Source of the DNA: Candidatus Dormiibacterota bacterium
Lineage (GTDB): Bacteria > Chloroflexota > Dormibacteria > Aeolococcales > Aeolococcaceae
Reading direction: 5' to 3'
Assembly: GCA_963718525.1 (NCBI GenBank)
Contig: OY970355.1
Location: forward strand, 1,632,001-1,696,000
Length of the DNA stretch: 64,000 nt
Position 1 is the stretch's first letter, and every line of letters starts with the position of its first letter. Shown here piece after piece: positions 9,337-18,870 of this stretch. Both the position numbers and the translations under genes were made by a program. Below the pieces are notes generated by a model. That model saw nothing but the letters and a program-made list of their open reading frames with translations, was not told where the DNA came from and made no database searches.

Positions 9337-9783
9337 TCACGGTGAGAGCAGGGTCAGGGTCACGACGACATTGCCGCGAACGGCGTTCGAATACGGGCAG
9401 CGCTGTTCCGCCTCTTCGATCAGCGCCAGCGCCTGCTCCCGGTCGGCGAGCGAGGGAAGCGTGATCAGCAACTCGACCGCCAGGCCGAGACGCCCCGCCT
9501 CGATCCGTCCGATGCCGACGCGAGCAGTCACCGTCGCATCCTCGACCTCCAGGCCCTTGCGACGCGCGATCCCGAGCATCGCGTTCTCCCAGCACGCCGC
9601 AAAGCCGAGCGCGAAGAGCTGCTCCGGGTTCGTCCCGCGAGCTCCGTCGCCACCCATCTCCTTCGGCGACGTGAAGTCGACCTCGACGACGCCGTCGGAG
9701 GTGACTCCGTGGCCGCGACGCCCGCCTTTGACGGTTGCCTCGGCGGTGTAGAGGATTCGTGGACTGTGCTCGCTGTCGCTCAT
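9337..9783 (-). CDS. ohr: Organic hydroperoxide resistance protein
   Basis: LYTAEAT..GGR, TNPEQLFA..FAAC and CPYSNAVRGNV. Confidence 0.92.
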   Translation of the reverse strand: MSDSEHSPRILYTAEATVKGGRRGHGVTSDGVVEVDFTSPKEMGGDGARGTNPEQLFALGFAACWENAMLGIARRKGLEVEDATVTARVGIGRIEAGRLGLAVELLITLPSLADREQALALIEEAEQRCPYSNAVRGNVVVTLTLLSP

Positions 9784-9872
9784 GATTTCTCCGAATCACC
9801 GCGGACGTGATCAATCCATCTTATGGATGGCGGTCCCCACGATGATCGCTCGGTCCCACCGGACCCAGATGG

Positions 9873-10907
9873 TCAGACGGTGACCGCGATCTTGGTGCGC
9901 ACCTGGTCCGAGAAATGACAGGCGGCGAGATGCCCGGCGGCTTTGAGCTCGAGCGGCGGTTCGACGTCGGCGCACACGCCCGGAACCTGCGCGATGGGAC
10001 AGCGGGTGTGAAAACGACATCCCGACGGCGGGTTCAGCGGCGACGGGATCTCGCCCGAGAGCTCGACCAGCCTGCGCTTCGATTCAATGCGCGGATCGGG
10101 GACGGGAATCGAGGAGAGCAGTGCTCGCGTGTACGGATGTTCCTGCGAGGTGTACAGATCCTCGCTCGGCGCCACCTCGACGATCTTGCCGAGGTACATC
10201 ACCATGACTCGATTGCTGATGTGCCGGACCACGGAAAGGTCATGCGCGATGAAGAGATACGTGAGTTGGAACTCGCGCTGGAGATCCTCGAGCAGGTTGA
10301 TGATCTGCGCCTGGATGGAGACGTCGAGCGCTGACACCGGCTCGTCGCAGATGATCAACTTTGGGTTCAGCGCCAATGCGCGGGCGATCCCGATGCGCTG
10401 TCGCTGACCACCACTGAACTCATGCGGATAGCGGTTGTTGAAGTAGGGGTTCAGCCCAACGGTGCGGAGCAGCTCCTGCACTCGCGCGTCCTTCGCTCGC
10501 CCGCTGATCATCTTGAAGTTGACCAGGGGCTCGGCGATGATGTCGCCAACCGTCATGCGCGGGTCGAGTGATGCATACGGATCCTGGAAGATCATCTGCA
10601 GCTGCTTGCGCTGCTGGCGCAATTTCTCGCTGCGCAGCTTGGTGATGTCGACGCCGTCGAGGTAGACCTCGCCTGAGGTCACCGGGAGGAGTTGAGTGAT
10701 CAGTCTGCCGAGCGTCGACTTGCCACATCCGGACTCGCCGACGAGGCCGACCGTCTCGCCCGGGAGGATGTCGAAGCTCACTCCGTCGACGGCTTTCACC
10801 GACGAACCAACTCCTGCGCCGAAATACTTCACCACGTTGACCACACGGAGCAGCGGTTCGACAGCGGGCACGACGCGCGCCGCCGGGGCGGCGACCGTGT
10901 CAGTCAT
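9873..10907 (-). CDS. oppF: Oligopeptide ABC transporter ATP-binding protein
   Basis: GESGCGKST, YPHEFSGGQRQR, DEPVSALDVSIQAQ and SGCRFHTRCP. Confidence 0.9.
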   Translation of the reverse strand: MTDTVAAPAARVVPAVEPLLRVVNVVKYFGAGVGSSVKAVDGVSFDILPGETVGLVGESGCGKSTLGRLITQLLPVTSGEVYLDGVDITKLRSEKLRQQRKQLQMIFQDPYASLDPRMTVGDIIAEPLVNFKMISGRAKDARVQELLRTVGLNPYFNNRYPHEFSGGQRQRIGIARALALNPKLIICDEPVSALDVSIQAQIINLLEDLQREFQLTYLFIAHDLSVVRHISNRVMVMYLGKIVEVAPSEDLYTSQEHPYTRALLSSIPVPDPRIESKRRLVELSGEIPSPLNPPSGCRFHTRCPIAQVPGVCADVEPPLELKAAGHLAACHFSDQVRTKIAVTV

Positions 10908-12003
10908 TGACAACATCGCCTATCGCCGCGGGCACCTCGGCGGCGGGGAGGGTGCGCCTACCCGGATGCACACCGCTTGCAGCGCCGGGGCTCGTGTCCG
11001 TGATGGTGCCGGCGCCCATCTCCGCGTACGCGCGCTCCATGGTCACCCAGCAGGCTGCGTGCTGCGCGGGGGCGACCTGTTCGATCGGCGGCGATTCGCT
11101 GAAGCAGCGCTCGACGCGGAACGGGCAGCGCGGGTTGAACTTGCAGCCTTGAGGCAGGTCGATGAGATCCGGTGGAAGTCCCTCGATGGAGAGTAGACGA
11201 TGCCCACGACTTGCATCGATGCGCGGTACCGAGCGCAGCAGCGACCACGTGTAGGGATGCTGCGGCCGCTCGAAGATCTGCTCGGCTGTTCCTTCCTCGA
11301 CGATCTCGCCGGCGTACATGACGAGCACGCGCTTGCACAGACCGGCCACAACGCCGAGGTTGTGCGTGATGAGGATGATCGCGGCGCCGGTCTGCTCGTT
11401 GAGGTCGCGGAGTAACTCGAGGATCTGTGCCTGCACGGTCACGTCGAGCGCGGTGGTCGGCTCATCAGCGATCAACAGGTCGGGCTTGTTGGAGAGCCCC
11501 ATGGCGATCATGGCGCGCTGGCGCATCCCGCCACTGAACTGGTGGGGGAAGTCGTTGATACGGCGCTCGGCATCCGAAACGCGCACCTGTCTGAGCAGAT
11601 CGATGCCGCGCCGCCGGACATCATCTTTGGGGATCTTGTCGTGGGCGTACATCGCCTCGTCGATCTGGTAGCCGACGCGCAGCACCGGGTTCATCGAGCT
11701 GAGCGGATCCTGAAAGATCATCGCGATGTCACGCCCACGGATGTTGCGCAACTCTTCCTTGGTGAACTTCAGCAGATCGCGTCCCTTGAACATGATCTCG
11801 CCGCCGACCACCTTGCCCGGTCGCTGGACGAGACCGAGGACCGACATGGCCGTGACGCTCTTGCCGCAGCCGGACTCACCGACGATGCCGAGGGTTTCGC
11901 CCGGCGACACACTGAAGCTGACGCCTCGAACGGCCTTGACCTCCCCGTCATCGGTGAAGAAGTGCGTGCTGAGGTTGCGAACCTCGAGGATCGGATCCGT
12001 CAC
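10900..12003 (-). CDS. oppD: Oligopeptide ABC transporter ATP-binding protein
   Basis: GESGCGKSVT, SGGMRQR, DEPTTALDVTVQAQ and GCKFNPRC. Confidence 0.9.
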   Translation of the reverse strand: MTDPILEVRNLSTHFFTDDGEVKAVRGVSFSVSPGETLGIVGESGCGKSVTAMSVLGLVQRPGKVVGGEIMFKGRDLLKFTKEELRNIRGRDIAMIFQDPLSSMNPVLRVGYQIDEAMYAHDKIPKDDVRRRGIDLLRQVRVSDAERRINDFPHQFSGGMRQRAMIAMGLSNKPDLLIADEPTTALDVTVQAQILELLRDLNEQTGAAIILITHNLGVVAGLCKRVLVMYAGEIVEEGTAEQIFERPQHPYTWSLLRSVPRIDASRGHRLLSIEGLPPDLIDLPQGCKFNPRCPFRVERCFSESPPIEQVAPAQHAACWVTMERAYAEMGAGTITDTSPGAASGVHPGRRTLPAAEVPAAIGDVVND

Positions 12004-12905
12004 CGACGCTGTCGCGGGTCGAAGGCGTCTCGCAGGCCGTCGCCGAGGAAGTTGAACGCAAGCAGAGTGATCGAAAGCGCAATCGCCGGCCAGAGCATCA
12101 TGTATGGCTCCAAGGGGAGTGCAGCATACCCCTCAGAGGCGATCGATCCCCAGGAGGCAAGCGGGCTCGGGATACCCAGGCCGAGATAGCTGAGGAAGGC
12201 CTCGGTCAGGATCGCGATCGGGATGACGAAGGTCGCCTGCACGATGATCGGCCCGAGGGCGTTCGGGAGGATGTGCCCGAACAGGATCTTGCCCGATCTG
12301 GCGCCGCTCGCCCGTGCCGCCTCGATGTATTCCCGTTCGCGGATGCTGAACGCCTGCCCGCGCACCAACCGGGCCATGTCCATCCAGGCGGTGGCGGAGA
12401 TGGCGATCATGATGTTGAGCAGGCCGCGTCCAAGGACGAGGTACAGGATGATGGCGACGAGAATGCCGGGGATCCCGTAGAAGATGTTGATGAAGACGCT
12501 GATCACGTTGTCGATCCATCCCCGAAAATAGCCGGCAACGAGGCCGACGACGACCCCGACCGTGAGCACGATCAACGACGTCCCGACGCCGACGATCAGG
12601 GAGATCTGTGCTCCCTGCATCATGCAACTCAATAGGTCGCGTCCCAGGTCATCGGTGCCGAGCAGGTGCGCCGCCGAAGGGGCCTGGAAAGTGAGCGTAT
12701 CGGGAAGGATGGTCGCAGGGTTGTACGGCGTCCAGAAGATCGCGACCACTGCGAATAGCAAGAGGGCCGTCAGATAGACGAGGGCCACGAGGGCGAGCCG
12801 GTTGCGGCGGAGGCGCCGGAAGCCGTCGCGCCAGAGACCCACCTGTTCCCGGGCGATGGTGCCGCCAGCATATTCCTGGAGGATCGGAGCCTCGATCGTG
12901 GCCAT
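12000..12905 (-). CDS. oppC: Oligopeptide ABC transporter permease
   Basis: HLLGTDDLGRD, EYIEAARASGA (EAA loop), HILPN and EAFLSYLGLG. Confidence 0.9.
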   Translation of the reverse strand: MATIEAPILQEYAGGTIAREQVGLWRDGFRRLRRNRLALVALVYLTALLLFAVVAIFWTPYNPATILPDTLTFQAPSAAHLLGTDDLGRDLLSCMMQGAQISLIVGVGTSLIVLTVGVVVGLVAGYFRGWIDNVISVFINIFYGIPGILVAIILYLVLGRGLLNIMIAISATAWMDMARLVRGQAFSIREREYIEAARASGARSGKILFGHILPNALGPIIVQATFVIPIAILTEAFLSYLGLGIPSPLASWGSIASEGYAALPLEPYMMLWPAIALSITLLAFNFLGDGLRDAFDPRQRR

Positions 12906-13862
12906 CAGTATCGAATCCTTGGATCAACGACTGTATAGAGCAGATCGACAACGAGGTTGGCGATGCCGATCAGGAGCGCATAGACCGTGAACACCGCCAC
13001 CGTGATGTTGTAGTCGGCCTGAAGGATGCTCTCCACGAACTCCTTGCCCAGCCCGGGAATGCCGAAGATGTTCTCGATGATGACGCTGCCGGTGATGATG
13101 CTGATGACCAGCGGTCCGAGGATGCTGATCACCGGGATCAGCGCGTTGCGCAACGCATGCCGGACGGTGACGACGCGGCTCTTCAGACCCTTCGCCCTCG
13201 CAGTGCGGATGTAGTCCTGCTGGAGCACCTCGAGCATGGCCGCCCGGGTGATCCTCGTGACCTGGCCCGAGGTGTAGAAGCCAAGGATGATCGCGGGCAA
13301 CGACAGCTCGAGGATCGTCCCATACGTTCCTGACCATTCGGCGGGGTACGAGATCACACCGTTCGTGACCGTCGGCAGCCAGTAGCTGAAGATGAGAACA
13401 CCCAGCCCGGCAAGTACGAAGCTCGGCACACTGTAGCCCACGACCGCAATCGAGGTGAGCGTGTAGTCAACCCAGCTGTTCTGGCGGATTGCGGCGAGAA
13501 CCCCAAAGGTCGTTCCCAGGCCGATCGTGATCAGAAGCGCCGTCCCGCCGAGCTCGGCGCTGACACTGAGCTCGCGCATGACGACGGGCGTGATGGGCAA
13601 TCCGCGAATCTGAAATGAGAACTCCGAGATTGCCGTGGATGGCGTTGGTGAAGAAGCTCCAGTACTGCACCAGGATCGGTCTGTCAAGACCGTACTCATG
13701 CAGCACCAGTTGCAGCGCCTTGCCGTGGACCTTCTCACTCTCGAACGCGCTGCCGGGAAGGCTGTGGACGGTGATGAAGACCAGAAACGACACGACGATC
13801 AGCGTGAACAGGATCAACGCCAATCGCTGCGCGATGTAGATCAGAGTTCCCCGGGTCAGCAT
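12905..13862 (-). pseudogene. oppB: Oligopeptide ABC permease OppB, split by a one-base frameshift near 13620 (real or sequencing error)
   Basis: The N-terminal half (YIAQRL..YGLDRPILVQY..GNLG) and C-terminal half (SFQ..DYIRTARAKGL..HALRNAL..DPRIRY) lie in different frames. Confidence 0.85.
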
Positions 13863-13892
13863 CTGCTGCTCCTCCGTCCGAGGGAAAGGCGT

Positions 13893-13921
13893 AAGGCGCC
13901 CGGCTCGGTGCCGGGCGCCTT
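13893..13921. terminator. Intercistronic hairpin between oppA and oppB (partial terminator or mRNA stabiliser)
   Basis: Perfect 12-bp inverted repeat AAGGCGCCCGGC-TCGGT-GCCGGGCGCCTT. Confidence 0.7.
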
Positions 13922-13946
13922 ATATTCAGGTTGTGTCGGGAACCTC

Positions 13947-15737
13947 TCAGTGAGAGAGGATCTTGATCCCGTCCCAGTAGTGGTCGAATGCGGCGTTCGA
14001 ACCGGCTCCGCTGACATACGGCTGAATCAGGAAGTTGCTTACCGAGTAGTACAGCGGGATGTAGACGACGTTGCTCTGAAGGATTTGCCCGAGCTGCATG
14101 TACAGCGGCAGCGCGGTGGTGACCGACTCGGCGTCCGCCGTCTTCAGGGTGCTGTCGTATGTGGCGTTGTCCCATCCGGTGGCGTTGAGACCATCTGCTG
14201 TCGAAATGGATCCCCAGAGGTTGTCGTACCAGTCCTGCGGATGGTTGTAGTCGAATTGCCACCCTTCGCGTGACATCATGTACTTGCCGGCCAAGTAGCT
14301 GCTGATGAAGATCGACGCGTCCGAGACAGAGTTCAGCGTGACGTTGACGCCCAGGTTGGTCTTCCACTCGTTCTGCAGATATTCGGCTGCGCTCTCGTTG
14401 AGGCTACCGGCGTTGTACGAGTAGATGATGTGCGCCGTGAGCGATCCGGTGGGATCGTACTGCTTCAGCAGTGACTTCGCCTGGACCGGGTCGAATTTCG
14501 CCAGCGGGTCGCTGTTCGCCCCGCCGTTGCCGATCAGGCCGGCGGTGATCAGGCCGCCGGTTGCCGCCGAGCAGATCAGGTTGTGGCACACGGTGGTTGC
14601 CAACCCCTGCTTATCGACCGCGAGGTCGAAGGCCATGCGCAGACCTGTTGCCGCAGCCCCCGTGCCGAGGAACGGCCCACCCGTCGCCGGATAGCCGATG
14701 TTGAAACCCACCCATGTGGTGCGCCCCTTGGCCTTGGTGAGCAGGTCCGGCGCTTCCCTCGAGTTCGCTTTGACCGCAAGGATATTGGCGAGCGGTATGA
14801 GTGCGCTGTCGCCGCCGTATCCGATGATGTCGTAGCCCTTCTGGAAGAAAGCGTCCACGGTCGTCGGAGCCGTCGACGGATCCTTGATATCGATATTGAT
14901 CGTCTGCAGCGTCGGCTTCGGAGAACCCCACCAGTTCGGCACCACGGAGAACGTCATCGATTGCTTGGGGACGTAGGAGGAGAGCTTGTAGGCACCGGTG
15001 CCGACGAGATTCGCGGGCGTCTGCCACCAGTTCACGGGGTCGACGCCAGGCGCCTCGATGGCCTTCTGATCAACGATAGCGCCGGACGTGCTCTCGAGTG
15101 TCCACGCGGTGAGGCACCAGCCGCACGCTCCGCTGAGCTTGATCTGCACGGTCTCAGGGTCGATGGCGGTCAAGCCGCTCATCATGAAAGCGGGGTTACC
15201 CGCCTTGAGTTGCGTCTCAATGTTGCCCTGGAACGTCGTCGGCGTACCCGATGTTGGTGCGGCGCCTGCGGCCTTCTGCACCGCCGAGTAGCCCTGAACC
15301 TTGGCCAGGTTTGATGCGTATCCGCCTTGAAGCGCTGCGGCACGGTTCCAGGAGTACAGCACGTCCTTGGACGTGACCGCATCTCCGTTTGAGAACTTCG
15401 CCGCCGGGTTCAGATGGACGGTATATGTCAGACCATCGGCTGAGATCCCGCCGTTGGCCTGCGTCGGCACCGCAGTCGAGATGTCGGGAACGATGTTCAG
15501 GTTGTTGTCGAAACGCCAGAGATTATCGAACACGTTTTGCATGAGCTCGGAGTCGACCTCGGCAGTGATCTCACCGGGATCGAATGTTCCAGGGTCCTGG
15601 AACACGGGGAAATGCAAGACCTGTGCACTCGCTAGAGTGCTCGTGGAGGGAGTGCTCGTGCTCCCGCACGCGGCGGCGGTGAGCAGGCCCAGCACGCCCA
15701 ACCCAATGCCACCGATGGTGAATTTGTTGACTCGCAA
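13947..15737 (-). CDS. oppA: Oligopeptide ABC transporter substrate-binding lipoprotein
   Basis: Lipobox (TAAAC), SADGLTYTVHL..AKFSNGD, VGTGAYKL, GWQFDYNHP and IPLYY. GGGAGG RBS before a TTG start. Confidence 0.9.
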   Translation of the reverse strand: MRVNKFTIGGIGLGVLGLLTAAACGSTSTPSTSTLASAQVLHFPVFQDPGTFDPGEITAEVDSELMQNVFDNLWRFDNNLNIVPDISTAVPTQANGGISADGLTYTVHLNPAAKFSNGDAVTSKDVLYSWNRAAALQGGYASNLAKVQGYSAVQKAAGAAPTSGTPTTFQGNIETQLKAGNPAFMMSGLTAIDPETVQIKLSGACGWCLTAWTLESTSGAIVDQKAIEAPGVDPVNWWQTPANLVGTGAYKLSSYVPKQSMTFSVVPNWWGSPKPTLQTINIDIKDPSTAPTTVDAFFQKGYDIIGYGGDSALIPLANILAVKANSREAPDLLTKAKGRTTWVGFNIGYPATGGPFLGTGAAATGLRMAFDLAVDKQGLATTVCHNLICSAATGGLITAGLIGNGGANSDPLAKFDPVQAKSLLKQYDPTGSLTAHIIYSYNAGSLNESAAEYLQNEWKTNLGVNVTLNSVSDASIFISSYLAGKYMMSREGWQFDYNHPQDWYDNLWGSISTADGLNATGWDNATYDSTLKTADAESVTTALPLYMQLGQILQSNVVYIPLYYSVSNFLIQPYVSGAGSNAAFDHYWDGIKILSH

Positions 15738-15826
15738 GACGCGATCCTCCCGTTATGGCTGACGCCGCCCTGGTTCAGGTTTAGCCTTTTCTTCTGAACC
15801 AGCCCCACATCGCGTGAGGCGACCGG

Positions 15827-15921
15827 ATCATAACAACTCGCAGGAGCCGATGCCGCCGAAGCGACCGTTTTTCATCCCGTTGGGGGACGCCTTTCAGCGA
15901 AACTCGTCCCGCTGGGGGATG
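15827..15921 (-). promoter_or_regulatory. Putative opp promoter (extended -10 TGTTATGAT) with two upstream repeated boxes
   Basis: TATGAT at 15832-15827. Near-identical 18-bp boxes at 15872-15889 and 15904-15921. Confidence 0.5.
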
Positions 15922-15970
15922 CCGCGCCGGCTCGCGATCGCCGCGGGCGGTTCGCCCGGGACGCTCCCGG

Positions 15971-16043
15971 TGGAGCCAGGGGGGCTCGAACCCCCGACCT
16001 CTTGCATGCCATGCAAGCGCTCTTCCAGCTGAGCTATGGCCCC
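15971..16043 (-). tRNA. tRNA-Ala(GGC), CCA not encoded
   Basis: GGGGCCA/TGGCTCC acceptor, CTTGC-ATGGCAT-GCAAG anticodon arm and GGTTCGAGCCC T-arm. TACCAT -10 upstream. Confidence 0.95.
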
Positions 16044-16215
16044 GCGCCATGGTACCGGGCACACGCTGCTCGCTGCGAGTGACACGACTGTGGGATTGCA
16101 GTCCGTGAATGGGTCGATTGCGGCTGCGAGCTTGAGTATCGGACAATGACTGCGCCAGGATGGCGCTGCGATTTTGGTCGCAGTGACTGCCGCAGCCTTA
16201 TCTCCAGGAGACCTC

Positions 16216-16719
16216 ATGCCCGACGCAGCGGCCGCACTCGACAGAGACCCGGCGTCGGGCCCCAATTCGCCAATCGTCCAGGCGGCCCAGCGGCTCGTGA
16301 CCAGGATCGAGGCGCTCGTGACCCAGGTCGCGGAACTGAAGGCGGACAACGCCGCGCTCCGGCGCGAGGTGCGCGAGGCGCTTGTCCTGATCGATCGAGC
16401 CGGCGACGCCGCCGCCCCGCCGAGAGTGCCGCGGCGAGCGGCTGCTCCCGCTGCAAGGCACGCCAAGGGGCGGCGCCGGGGACGGGGGCCGAAGGGCCGG
16501 GCCACGCCCGCTTCGGTGACTCCCGACATCGTGCTGGCCACCATCGGCAAGCTCGGGTCGGCGTCGGCTTCGGAGATCGCCAAGGAGTTGAGCGGTCTCG
16601 GTGACCAGGTGTCCGGCCGCGCAGTCCGCTGGCTTGCGGAGCGGGCGGGTGCGGCGACGGTTGTCGGCGACGACGGACAGCTGAGGTACCGGCTGCCGAA
16701 CACGCCGCGTCCTCGCTGA
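16216..16719 (+). CDS. Hypothetical protein: coiled coil, basic linker and winged-helix-like C-terminus
   Basis: AGGAG RBS before ATG. Heptad segment IEALVTQVAELKADNAALRREVRE and HTH-like SASEIAKELS..VSGRAVRWL. Confidence 0.65.
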   Translation: MPDAAAALDRDPASGPNSPIVQAAQRLVTRIEALVTQVAELKADNAALRREVREALVLIDRAGDAAAPPRVPRRAAAPAARHAKGRRRGRGPKGRATPASVTPDIVLATIGKLGSASASEIAKELSGLGDQVSGRAVRWLAERAGAATVVGDDGQLRYRLPNTPRPR

Positions 16720-16765
16720 CGCCTCGCCGACATAGGCGCGATCCGCGAAATGACTTCGAAGTGGC

Positions 16766-16794
16766 TTGCTTTAGTGACCTGCTGGAGCTACACT
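16766..16794 (+). promoter_or_regulatory. Sigma70-type promoter of comEA (leaderless)
   Basis: TTGCTT-N17-TACACT with the ATG 7 nt downstream. Confidence 0.6.
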
Positions 16795-16801
16795 TCCGTG
16801 A

Positions 16802-17377
16802 ATGTTTGCAAGAGATAACATACAGTTCGGAATTACTCCTCGAAGGCTTCTGGTTGCGGTGGCGGGCACGCTCGTCCTCGCCGGGGTGGCTGGTTGGTCG
16901 GTCCTCCACCAGGCATCAGCTGCGGCGCCCGTGCCGGTGGGTGAAACCGTCGACCCACCCGCGCCACCTACGGTCCTTATCTTTGTCAGTGGCGCGGTCG
17001 CGCACCCCGGTCTGTATGAGCTGAGCCCCGGGGCGCGGGTCGCGGATGCAATCGCAGCGGCCGGCGGGATCACGTCACTGGCCGATCCGAGCCATCTTCC
17101 GAACATGGCGCAGCGGGTGAATGACGGTCGCCAGGTCAACGTCCCCTATATGAAGAGTGGGACCACCTCCGCCAAGCTCGACATCAACACCGCCGCGGAA
17201 ACGGACCTTGATGCGGTGTCCGGCATGCCTCCCGGTCTCGGTGGCGAGATCGTCCAGTACCGCAACGAGTGGGGGCCGTTCACCTCGATGAGCCAGCTCC
17301 ACGCTGACCTGGGCGTTGATTCGGCGACGGTCACCGGCCTGGAGCACTACCTGAGGGTTGTGCTTCCCCAGCAATGA
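16802..17377 (+). CDS. comEA: Competence DNA-binding protein ComEA
   Basis: N-terminal TM, SLBB domain (VSGAVAHPGLYEL..RVADAIAAAGG) and HhH region (LDINTA..L..VSGM..IVQYR..GPF). Confidence 0.88.
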   Translation: MFARDNIQFGITPRRLLVAVAGTLVLAGVAGWSVLHQASAAAPVPVGETVDPPAPPTVLIFVSGAVAHPGLYELSPGARVADAIAAAGGITSLADPSHLPNMAQRVNDGRQVNVPYMKSGTTSAKLDINTAAETDLDAVSGMPPGLGGEIVQYRNEWGPFTSMSQLHADLGVDSATVTGLEHYLRVVLPQQ

Positions 17378-18870
17378 GCCGTCTCGCCGGCTCTCGGGCC
17401 GGGCGCTGGGCGTCCTGCACGTGGGGCGGCTTTGCCGGGGGCTGCGGCGTCGGATTTGCCGCATCGCTGTCCGGCGCAGCGTTCCTCCCACTGATCTGCG
17501 CGCTTGCCGGCTCGTCTCTGCTCTGCGCGACACTGGCACCCCGTCGATTGCTTCCTGCTGCTCTGGTCGGCGCCGCCGTCGTGCTGGGGGTGCTCCGGGG
17601 AACGGCGGCGGTCGCACCGCCCGGCCCCGGGACCGTCGATGGCCACCTCGGTTCGCGCCCGATCGTGATCATCGGCACGGTACGGAGCGCCGATCCGGGC
17701 GCCGGATCCACCGCGATCATCGATGCGAGTCACCTGTCGGATGCGGACACCGACGGGCACGTCTCCGGCGGGGTGCTCGTCAGCGGCCCGCTCATCCCGG
17801 CGCTGTCCCCCGGCGACCAGGTCGAGGTCGACGCCTCAGGTCTGCGTCCGTTGAATCGGCGCCCCGGTCCCGATTCGGCCGCAACCCTCGAACGCGAGGA
17901 CGTCAGAGCGATAGCGACGTCTCCGCAGGTCTTCGTTCTCGCTGCCGGCAGGCCATCGCTTGCCCGCGTCATCGCGTGGGCTCAGGGACGACTGCGGAGC
18001 GCCGTTGACAGCGCGCTCTCGGAACCGGCCGCCGCTCTTGCCCTGGGCATTGCCTTCGGGATCCATGAGCCGCTGACCGCAGGGGTCCGGTCACCGCTCC
18101 AGGACGCCGAACTCATTCACGTGGTGGTCGTGAGCGGTTTGAAGGTCGTGCTGATCGTCGGCCTCGTCTGCGCGGTTGCCCGAGTGTTCGAGTGGTCGCA
18201 CCGGCGAACCCTGTTGGTGGCCCTGCCCGCGGTTGCGTCCTATGTGCTCATCAGCGGGGCGGGGCCTGCGGCCATCCGAAGTGCGTTCATGGCCGGTGCA
18301 GCGATGCTCGCCGCCACCGGCGCTCGGCGCACCGATCCGATCCCAATGCTCGCGCTGGCCGCGGCGATCCTGCTCGCACTCAGCCCCCAGCTCATCGAGG
18401 ACCCTGGTTTCCAGCTCTCGTTCCTCGGTACGGCAGGAATCCTCCTGCTCGCGGCGCCGATCGCCGCGTGGCTTCCGGGACCCCGGCTCATCGCCGAACC
18501 CTTTGCCGTCACCATCGCTGCGCAGGTGGCGACGGTGCCGATCATGGCGGGGACATTCGGCGTGATCTCACTCGGTGGCCCGATTGCCAACGCGCTCGTG
18601 CTCCCGATCCTCCCGGTCATGATCGTCACCGGTGGCGCGGGCGCGATCCTGAGCACCCTGAACCCGGCCTTCGGCTGGGTGCTTCTCCAGCTCACGGGTC
18701 TCGGGACATCGGCGGTCACGACTGTGGCGCAGGTCACGGCCGCGATTCCCGGCGCGACGGTTCAGGTGGGGAACTGGCCGGTCGCGTGGACCATCACCGA
18801 GGCGGCGGGGATCGTCACGGGGTTGGTGACTTTAGCTGTGGTGACTCATCGAACGACACCACTGCGGTGA
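17374..18870 (+). CDS. comEC: ComEC/Rec2 competence channel (OB and membrane domains)
   Basis: LIHVVVVSGLKV, PAAIRSAFM, DPGFQLSFL and GPIANAL motifs. Follows comEA. Confidence 0.88.
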   Translation: MSRLAGSRAGRWASCTWGGFAGGCGVGFAASLSGAAFLPLICALAGSSLLCATLAPRRLLPAALVGAAVVLGVLRGTAAVAPPGPGTVDGHLGSRPIVIIGTVRSADPGAGSTAIIDASHLSDADTDGHVSGGVLVSGPLIPALSPGDQVEVDASGLRPLNRRPGPDSAATLEREDVRAIATSPQVFVLAAGRPSLARVIAWAQGRLRSAVDSALSEPAAALALGIAFGIHEPLTAGVRSPLQDAELIHVVVVSGLKVVLIVGLVCAVARVFEWSHRRTLLVALPAVASYVLISGAGPAAIRSAFMAGAAMLAATGARRTDPIPMLALAAAILLALSPQLIEDPGFQLSFLGTAGILLLAAPIAAWLPGPRLIAEPFAVTIAAQVATVPIMAGTFGVISLGGPIANALVLPILPVMIVTGGAGAILSTLNPAFGWVLLQLTGLGTSAVTTVAQVTAAIPGATVQVGNWPVAWTITEAAGIVTGLVTLAVVTHRTTPLR

